Part shown: piece by piece, positions 55,193 through 64,000 of the stretch
How positions within the stretch are numbered: the stretch's first letter is position 1
Layout: each line of letters opens with the position of its first letter
Source: Seison nebaliae
Taxonomy: Eukaryota
Reading direction: 5' to 3'
Length of the DNA: 64,000 nucleotides
Assembly (NCBI GenBank): GCA_023231475.1
Contig: JALJEE010002757.1
Coordinates: 1-64,000 of the forward strand
The notes under the pieces: generated by a model
The model's database searches: none
What the model saw: only the letters and a program-made list of their open reading frames with translations
What the model was told of the DNA's origin: nothing
Program-made: the position numbers and the translations under genes

Positions 55193-56600
55193 AGTAGAAT
55201 GTAAGCCATCCGTTATTATCTCTTTTAACTAGTCATCAATGCCGAATCAGAAGCGATGAATCTTTTCCATTAATTCGAGAATGTTTTATGATCTAAATTT
55301 CTGTAATATTATTCACTCTCCACACACACAACACACACACACACACAACATACACATTTTCTCTCTTTCTTATTCATTTATTATCTTTTCCTTCCATACA
55401 TATCAATTCCTCCAATCACCACAAACAACAACAACAACAACAACAAGAACAGCACATAGAGCACGTAAGAAACGTATTCATGGATTATATTTTTCTTTCT
55501 TCGACCATCTTGGTCAATTGACATTTATCTATAAATTTTATCGTTCAAAAATGTTGGTATGGGAAACATCTGAGAAATGATATTGTCATCATTCGTTTCT
55601 TTCAAATTATCAGAAATATTTAATCATTCGTTATCCATCGATTCGATGGAACTCTTTCGTTGTAGAGTAAGTTCTCTTTATGTCTCTCTCACACACACAC
55701 ATATATATATATATCTCATATAGTTGGACGATCTTACCCTCTCATCCAAATCACATCCATTCATTCATCGTTTCCTCGTCATAAAACATGTTGTCCGATT
55801 TGTTCAATCTGTTCGTTGGGAAAGCAGATTGGAGAAGAATCGCTCAATGTAACTTATGGTATGAGGGGGCGAATGACGCTACCAACGACGAACGATGAAC
55901 ATTCTAACAATTATCCGATTTATCTAGAAATTTACTAAACGAGAAAATTATTATATTCATGTAAATTCTATCATTAAATTATCTATAATTTTATTAAATT
56001 CTATTTCACATTCTCATCCACAGCACACATACACATATATTCGATTTCGTTTCAAAATTATTCTTTTCCCATTTCCAAAAGATGTTCCACTTACAACGTA
56101 GCTTAGTGTTCTTAGCTTGCAACAAGAAATTTAATGCAAAAATAAAATGTTTTATTCTATAAATTCTTCTTTCTTTCACCCAAATAATCAAACGATCAAA
56201 CAAATATATTGTTCAAAATTGAGAATAAGAGAAAAAAGTTTCCTATTTCCCCTCATTTGCAGGTCGATGTTCTTTTCATTACATTTAAATTTCCTTAATT
56301 TATATTAAAAAGTAATTTAAATAATGATTATTAAATAATATTATCATTAAAAATTACTATCTGATATTGAGATATGTTAAGTTGAGATTCATTCGAAATT
56401 CGAGTACTATTTGAACAATTGTATTTTTATGAGGATAATGGCAAAAATTGATAAAAATATATGGACTCTGTGTTTGGATAATATTGTTATCTATTGGAGA
56501 CGATGAGATTGAAATGATTCGAGTTGAGAAAATTTGAATGAGAGAAAGCTGTAAAAGGCGTTTCGGAAGGAAGAGGAGGAGGAAATATAAAGAGATTCGT

Positions 56601-58096
56601 TTAAAATGATTGAAATGACAAAAATGCGATATTGACGAAAAAGATGAAGAAAGAAATGGTTTTAATGGTGGATGAATTTTTCGGGATTTGAACACCTCGT
56701 CTCAACGACAACGTCGAACAAGGTAATGGTACATTCGCTGCCAGATCACATCGTCCAATCACGCCATTAAATCGATAACCAATATTACATTTCGCTTCTC
56801 TCGTTTTCCGACGGTTGCTACATTCGTAGAAGATTCGACAACTCGACGCTTCGTCTGCGTGGATACCATTCGATTTATTTTCACCTGAATTATTTTGAAA
56901 ATTTAAAAAAAATGAGAATGAAAAGATTAACAAGGATCTTTCTCGTATTTCCTGTTGCCGCAATAAACTTTATTTTTTTCGTTGCATGAGAATGTGTAAG
57001 TGTCGAATAAATATCCTTTCGGACATGTCCGTCCCACATAACGACCGTCAATACAATCATAATATGAATCGCAATTCATTGGATTCTCCTTAGCTTCCGA
57101 ACATCGTGGAGTTGTCGTTTTCTCTTCCATTTTTTTCGTTGTTTCTTTTCTCTTCTTCTTCTTTTTCTGCTTCTCATCTAATTTATCGGAATCGATGATT
57201 TCTAAAGAACTGTTAGATTGATCATTGATTAGAAGTAATTTAGTTGATTGGGAAAATAGGTCGGTGACGATCACTGTCTTCTCAGTTCCATGTGCAACAT
57301 CGGAAATATTCTGCTCTTTCCTCCTCCTAAATCGTTTTTGTTTAATTTAAATTTTTCATGAACTTATTATCATTAATTCTCATTATTATCACTATTATCT
57401 GGGAAGCTGTTTAAAAGATCGGACAATTGCTCAATTGTCTCACTATCACTTTGTTTTTGTTCAATTTTACAAAACTAGAAAATTCGAATTTTGTTGGGGG
57501 AAATTTAAAAAATGCGGAAAAAAACTATTCGAAATAATAAAAATTAGAAATCAGCTAAATCATCTAAAGTTATGAAGCGCTCTCATATTCGTCATTAGTA
57601 ATGGGAAGCGGAAATTAAATTAGAATAATTAAAAATTAACTTTTCATCAATATCAATCTCACTCGGCGATTCATCAGTATCGATATCTTTTGAATTATTT
57701 TAATAAGACTTAATTAATTTATTAAGAGAAAAAAAAACTTTTTTTCAAATTTTCAGATTTTTTTTCATTTTCTTCTTCTCCCTCCTCGTCGTCATCTTCG
57801 ACGTAATCATATTCCTCTTCATATTCGTCGGATGATTGAGCTTCTTCTTTTCTTTCGCAATCGACATTGTCTAACCAGTCGCATCGACCGGACAAATGGT
57901 TCCAAGCCGTTCCGGCCGGACATTCATATTCTTCAGCTACTCCGTACGAACATCGCCAATAGACGTGACAGAACAATGGATCGGTGTAATAGCCGTCGCG
58001 TTTGCCATGACAAGTGAAATCATCTTGCGCTGAAGCAATGTCAAATTTGGAGTAGAAGAATATGGCGAATATGATGATGATATTCGTCAGTTGCAT
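56601..58096 (-). CDS. Secreted chitin-binding protein with three CBM14/peritrophin-A domains (Obstructor/CPAP3-like), about 360 aa; exons 58096-57739, 57686-57641, 57326-56932, 56884-56601
   Basis: Signal peptide MQLTNIIIIFAIFFYSKFDIASA and three six-Cys domains, e.g. CHGKRDGYYTDPLFCHVYWRCSYGVAEEYECPAGTAWNHLSGRCDWLDNVDC. Hydrophobic C-terminus. Introns of 52, 314 and 47 nt give a 1083-nt frame; the middle exon and 314-nt intron are less certain. Confidence 0.85.
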
Positions 58097-60979
58097 AATT
58101 AGATGAGAAACTTTTATTTTCGGGATAGAGTGATGAAGGTGATGATAATAGAAAGTTATTGAAGAATTCCACAAATAAATAGTGGTTGTGATGAAGTAGA
58201 TGTCTGTCAAGGTGAAGCATGTCAAGTAGCGAAGGAGACATTCCATCTCAAATGTCAATAAGAATTATAAGATTGTGTCGATGTCGCAATCGGATGAGAA
58301 AAAAAAAATTGTTCATACATTTCCCACAAATATCCCACACCAAATACATAGTCAATACATAGACGCTCTTATCATTCTCCTTCTTCTTCTTCTTCTCGAG
58401 TCGAATCATCGGAAAAGAAAAGGATCAGATACATTAGAAAACAGATAAATATCAATACGTAGACGAGAAGAGAAGATAAATGAATAAATTAAACGGAGAA
58501 CCTTCAAATTGTGGTTGATACGTCACCAGATTAATTCCATGAAGATTCACGAGTCGATCTGGAATTGGATTCAATAATAAACTGAAATACTTAACATTCC
58601 TTTCAATCAGAAGAATGATGATAATCTGATCAGATTCGAATGACACTTTTCCCCCATTCATCAAACGCGTTCCATCGATAAGTTCATCATCCGTCGACTT
58701 ATTTATCGATCGATCACTTCCCATCATCATCATCACCTCCCTCCGAGCGAGAGAGAGATAGAGTGAATAATGGGATTGTGATAAATTGTCAATTCGCACA
58801 GAGACAATGAGAAACCTTTCGGAGATTGGGAATAAATCGAATTTAATTGAATGTCACCAATCCTTAAAATGGGAGAATGACATTTCATCATTTCATGATA
58901 CGATGCACATATCGTCAATGAAGAAAACTATATCTTCCCCCTCCCCTCCCGTTCAGATGTGATCCAATATGAATTATTAGAACTTCCTCTAATGAACGAG
59001 AAGTTGGAGGGGATGAAAATAGTGGACGAATGACGGTTTGTGGACGGAATGTAAATTTCCCCGTCAAATCTATTAATTTCTCTATTAAATGTTTTGTTTG
59101 GTTACCCTCCATTGAACGACGAGAGTTGTGTGAATGATTGAAGAAAAAATGAATCCGTCACAATGGAGATATCATCGATGAATCGAGACCATTAGTAACA
59201 AATAAACTACTTAATCAGGTAATGTTAAGAAGTGATCGATGAAGAGGATGGGACGTACGTATATGTTGCAATGTTTACACGAGTCTTCTTTCGACTTACT
59301 AATACTCTCATATTATTATCCCTAACAGACAAAGTAAGTTAACGAACTCATTGTCTAGAGATCGGGAATGATGGGAACGATTCTCAATAACAAATCGAAT
59401 GTAAATACAATTGTCATGCCATGGATGGACGTTTTGAATGGATGGATGGTGAGATTGTGGAAACGAACTAGAACGAAAATGCCATAAAAATTCATCATAA
59501 TTGAAACGAAAAATTTTTGAAATTCTGAAAATTAAAGATGATTTAATATTTGAAATTATTTCCAAAATTTTATTTTTTTGCACAATTTTTTTTAAAATTT
59601 GATCGATATTACTGATGAGTATGAGAATGATAAATCTGATGATAACGGAAAGATGGTACAGGAAGATGAGGATACGAAAACAATTATTTTCAAATAACAA
59701 TACAAATTAGAGATTCGTTTACAATAAGTGGAAGAAGAAGGAAAGATTGTGGAAAAAGAGAATTCTTTGTTTTGATCGCATAATTTCTATTAAGTGTTCT
59801 TCGGAGTATTCGGTTGGCGATTGGTGAGATTAATAAATGCATCCTCATCATATTATGACATTTATGAGACGATTGCTTTCAGTCCATCCATCACCATGTA
59901 AATGTTCTCGCAAGCACTACACAACACATAAATTATCACCACTAAATAGAAGACGAAGCTGCAAGAGAACACGTAAACGGATAGTCGTCCCAATACGATC
60001 TCCCACTCGTTTAGAGGCACCTCCATCTCTAAATCATTCTCAAGAATTTCTCGCGTATTTTCCGATGCACCCATGACTCATGTAGATGTAGATAATAAGA
60101 AGAACGAATGTAAAGGAAACTAATTTCAAATGAGAATAAACCAAAATAGAAATTTCTTTAGTCAGATTTCATTTGAATTTCTCTGTTTAATTCACTAATA
60201 AATTGTCAAATTCAACGTCTGCGAACCTCATTCCATCTCTCACAGACATATTCTCTCATTATCGTCTTCATTTTAGAGGAAATGAGCCGATAAATAAAAC
60301 GCCATTTTCCTTCATTTACTTCACATTTAATTTACACTTTCAACAATCGTTTCTCTGAAATTTGTTGGACGGTTTTAAAATTTTTTTAAAATTTCCAAAA
60401 CTATAAAATTCTCATGGTCCTCTATTAAACCACTACAAATTTCTTAATATCAACGTTAATTTTCTCAATTCATAGTTTTTAAATTATTCTCCTAATACTC
60501 AACGAAAATTTTTTTCATTTATCAAATAAATTTTATGAAACTTTTAAAAATTAATTGAGATTATTTAAAAATTTCAAATGGATAAACTAAATAAACGATA
60601 GAAATTCCATTAAAGAGATTAATGAGAATTTAAATTTTAATATTTTCACATATTTAATTCATTCGTCCAAATTGACGATATGAAAGTTTTGGGGAGAATT
60701 GATGGAAATTCCGGTAATGATGACGTTTTATGATGGTGGTAATAGAGATAAAGCTAAATAATTAAATTTAGACTGAATTGAACGGAAGTTGTTGGGAGGT
60801 GGAAGAATTCGAAAGGAGATCATGTGAATAAATAATTGACGATTGACAACATAAATTTTTCGTTAAAAAGAAAAGACAAAATAGAAAATTTTTCGTTTGA
60901 TATTTTGGGAGGATAGACAGAATCGACTCATATCTCGGGAAAATCATCTAGGACGACGGATTGAAAAAGGAAATGCGAG

Positions 60980-62530
60980 ATGTCCACTCTCTTTAGTTTT
61001 GGGAATCCGATAAATGTGAGATTTGATGTTGACGAAGGTACCGATCGACCACATGTCGATATGGATGATGAAAATGGAAATATCGTTTCCGTGCCCGTTT
61101 TTTACAACGGCGAAGATGTGAGTGGACGAATCGTGATTGAATTGAAGAAAGCGGGACAGAAGTTAGATCATAATGGAATCTGTCTAGAATTATTGGGTCG
61201 AATTGAGACACATGGTGAGAAATCGTTACAACAAGTTTTCTGTCATCATTCAAAGATGTTGTGTTTGCCCGGCATTTTGAAAGGATCGACTACATTTGAA
61301 TTTAATTTTCCGTCTATCGAGAAAACTTATGAGACATATAAAGGAATTAATTGCGAGTTAATTTACGTGTTGAAATTGGAAATTCAAAAACGAATGTCAA
61401 ATTTGATTCGTGAACATCAATTGCTTGTCCATTCGTTATCATCATTTCCTGATTCGACGAATTCGCCCATTACAATGGAAGTGGGAATAGAAGATTGTCT
61501 TCACATCGAATTCGAGTATAATAAGAGTCGATATCATTTGAAGGATGTTGTGGTTGGAAAAATTTTTTTTGATTTAGTTCGACTCAAAATAAAATATACG
61601 GAAATTTCAATTTTGAAAATGGAACGATGTGGAACAGGCGATAATTCCATCAATCATTCGACCACCATCACTAACTTCGAGATAATGGATGGCGCTCCAA
61701 TCAAAGGCGAATCGATTCCCATTCGACTCTTTCTCGCCAATCATCAACTTACTCCCACAATGAGAGATGTTCAAAAGAAGTTCAGTGTCCGATATTATAT
61801 CAACATTCTCCTCGTCGACGAAGAAGAACGACGTTATTATAAACAACAAGAAATTATTCTATGGAGGAAAGCTGATATTCGTCTTCCCCTTCATCATTTA
61901 CGTGAAGAAGATCGACGATTAGACGAAATCGATAATCAAATATCAACACCACCGGCACAACAACAACAACAACAATCGATTAGTAAAACGAAGTCGACAT
62001 TATCTCCCGATCTCTCACACATGTTAAGTAATAATGATGATGAGAAGGAAAAGAAGAATAAAATGGAAGGAGATAAATTGGAAAACGGTGAAAAACCGTC
62101 AGGAAAAGAAAGAACGTTACTCGATCAATCAGCTGGTGATCAGTTATTAGATGATGTTAAATCAGACGATGGTATTCCAGAGAGAGAGAAGATTAATGTT
62201 AAAGGAGAAAAAATTGATAATGGAAATGATATCGGTGAAGCACCATCAGATAACGATCCGGAGAATAACGAACCGACGAAAGAAGAAGAGAAAAAAGAAT
62301 CGAAGGAAGAGGAGAATGTGCCAGAGAAAAAAGAATCGGTGAATGAAGATTTGGCTGGTGAAGCGCCTAATGATAATTCGAATAATGACGATTCGAAAGA
62401 TGAGTCGAAGAATGACGAAACGAAAAGTGGAGGAAGTGACGATTCATCTTCGACCGATTCGGATGAGGACGAAGACGGTCCCAAAGCTAACGAGGATGAT
62501 GACGATGATGTTGGATGGTTGAACGATTGA
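60980..62530 (+). CDS. VPS26: Retromer subunit VPS26, intronless, with ~218-aa acidic C-terminal extension, 516 aa
   Basis: FYNGEDVSG, EKTYETYKG, ITMEVGIEDCLHIEFEYNKSRYHLKDVVVGKIFF, FEIMDGAPIKGESIPIRLFL, KKFSVRYY, VDEEERRYYKQQEIILWRK. Confidence 0.97.
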   Translation: MSTLFSFGNPINVRFDVDEGTDRPHVDMDDENGNIVSVPVFYNGEDVSGRIVIELKKAGQKLDHNGICLELLGRIETHGEKSLQQVFCHHSKMLCLPGILKGSTTFEFNFPSIEKTYETYKGINCELIYVLKLEIQKRMSNLIREHQLLVHSLSSFPDSTNSPITMEVGIEDCLHIEFEYNKSRYHLKDVVVGKIFFDLVRLKIKYTEISILKMERCGTGDNSINHSTTITNFEIMDGAPIKGESIPIRLFLANHQLTPTMRDVQKKFSVRYYINILLVDEEERRYYKQQEIILWRKADIRLPLHHLREEDRRLDEIDNQISTPPAQQQQQQSISKTKSTLSPDLSHMLSNNDDEKEKKNKMEGDKLENGEKPSGKERTLLDQSAGDQLLDDVKSDDGIPEREKINVKGEKIDNGNDIGEAPSDNDPENNEPTKEEEKKESKEEENVPEKKESVNEDLAGEAPNDNSNNDDSKDESKNDETKSGGSDDSSSTDSDEDEDGPKANEDDDDDVGWLND

Positions 62531-62776
62531 GAGACATGTAATTACGAGTATATTCACCAATTCGTCGAATATCGTGGGAGAGAAATGAAGATAAATATTC
62601 TAAATTTCTCAATTCTATTTTTCATCTATTCATCTTGGTCATTCATCCAACCTATATCTATACTTTCATTCTTCAGTTAATAAATTATTGTCATCATATC
62701 TAAACTATCTTCTGTTCTCGTCTTTTTATGTTGTGGAAAAAGACTATCGGAAGATATTTCTATGAATTTCTTTATG

Positions 62777-62990
62777 GACCGTTTTTGTCCTTAAATCGGT
62801 CTATGAAAAATCCAATCGACCGTTTTTGTCCTTAAATCGGTCTATGAAAAATTCAATCAACCGTTTTTCTCCTTAAATCGGTCTATGAAAAATTCAATCA
62901 ACCGCTTTTGTCCTTAAATCGGTCTATGAAAAATCCAAACGACCGCTTTTGTCCTTAAATGGGTCTATGAAAAATCCGAAGACCATTTTT
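62777..62990. repeat. 41-bp minisatellite, 5 copies plus a partial copy, with an internal inverted repeat
   Basis: Unit GACCGTTTTTGTCCTTAAATCGGTCTATGAAAAATCCAATC starts at 62777, 62818, 62859, 62900 and 62941; partial copy at 62981. Confidence 0.95.
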
Positions 62991-63189
62991 ATCGTTTAAC
63001 AGACCAATATAAGTTACTACACATCGAAAAAAAAGGGAAGTAAATCAGAAATTTAATTAAGTATTATTCGTTTCGATCATTCTCAATCGACAATATCAAT
63101 TCCGGTATATTATGATAATTTATATTTTAGTACAGAGAAACAAGAAAAAGAAATCACTTTAATAATAAAGTAATTTATTCGAATTGTTC

Positions 63190-63936
63190 TTATTTGGAGA
63201 AAGTGGTATTTACAGGTTTGGGTGGTAAATTGAATTTTTTACTATTTATCGAAGGAGGTCGGATCATACGAGACGACATCCGTTTGTTGGTATTCTCCTT
63301 ATTCTCCTCCATCTTCTGTCTTATTTTTTCACGAATCTTCGGATTCTTCCGAATGATCACCGTCCCAGTAGACACCTTCCTTGTGGGTAATCTGATTGAT
63401 TGATTCGGATCAATAGGAGGAAGTGTCAAATGGGAAGATGTCTTTCGAGCTGAAATTTTACATTTAGTGAAACTCAAATTTCTTCGGATTGACTTCGCTT
63501 TTTCCACAGTTTTTTCTTTGTCTTTTATGAAAGTTGAATTTTGATCAGTTTCAACAACAACACTTTCGTTGTCACTTTGTGGGATTGGAGAGATTGAGGA
63601 AATTTCATTTAAATTTGGAATTGTCTTGTCCAAACTCAATTTTTCATGAGCCGACTGATCTTCTTTCTTCTCTTCCACATAATTTATTTGGGGTTCTTTC
63701 ACAAACTTCTCTGTATATTCTTTGTGTCTCGTTTTCTCGAAATCTTCCAAGAGTTTTGTAAATTTTTCTCTCAATTCTTTCGATAACGGGGATCGGTTTT
63801 TCGTCTTCGCCAATTCCTCGCCACACTCTTCACAGTCTGATTCATAAAAATGTAAATCGGGAGACTCGTGAAGGAAACGAATTGTCTTCTCTTCTAACTG
63901 ATTGTGAATATATTGTGAATAATAATTGTTTGACAT
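63190..63936 (-). CDS. Hypothetical protein, about 248 aa, K/E/S-rich with a basic Pro-containing C-terminal half
   Basis: 747-nt ORF from ATG (63936) to TAA with protein-like composition; no family recognised. It could be the last exon of a gene starting outside the window. Confidence 0.6.
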   Translation of the reverse strand: MSNNYYSQYIHNQLEEKTIRFLHESPDLHFYESDCEECGEELAKTKNRSPLSKELREKFTKLLEDFEKTRHKEYTEKFVKEPQINYVEEKKEDQSAHEKLSLDKTIPNLNEISSISPIPQSDNESVVVETDQNSTFIKDKEKTVEKAKSIRRNLSFTKCKISARKTSSHLTLPPIDPNQSIRLPTRKVSTGTVIIRKNPKIREKIRQKMEENKENTNKRMSSRMIRPPSINSKKFNLPPKPVNTTFSK

Positions 63937-64000
63937 TCTGGTAGACAAACTTTCCCCAAATCAAATAAATTAGATATCTTCGATCAACGATGAGATCTGC

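Noticed and set aside
58097..58258. ORF-track N-terminal extension of the chitin-binding protein
   Set aside because: The signal peptide begins at Met 58096, so the upstream frame is most likely 5' UTR.
62777..62990. CRISPR-like appearance of the palindromic 41-bp repeats
   Set aside because: The units are head-to-tail with no unique spacers, there are no cas genes, and the context is eukaryotic.

Overview
AT-rich eukaryotic (metazoan-type) genomic DNA, not prokaryotic. Left to right: about 2 kb of decayed TE debris (LINE reverse transcriptase, pogo/DDE-1-type transposon 3' end, Gag-like scrap); a dense cluster of SNF8/VPS22 (+), an intronless SLC17-family transporter (-), a divergent Vasa/PL10-family helicase with a Trp-periodic N-terminal IDR (-) and an SLC25A33/36-like carrier (+); a ~32.5 kb microsatellite-rich desert with no credible long ORF; an ~11 kb single-exon AHNAK/periaxin-like repeat protein (+); a three-CBM14 chitin-binding protein (-); VPS26 with a long acidic tail (+); a 41-bp hairpin minisatellite; and an unknown ORF (-). 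The strongest unusual signal is splicing grammar. All 13 introns I could place by reading-frame and protein continuity begin GTT, never GTA or GTG. Positions +4 to +6 are degenerate, 4 of 13 acceptors are AAG, and 12 of 13 introns are 45-71 nt. All gene models were built by eye, and the organism cannot be identified from this window.
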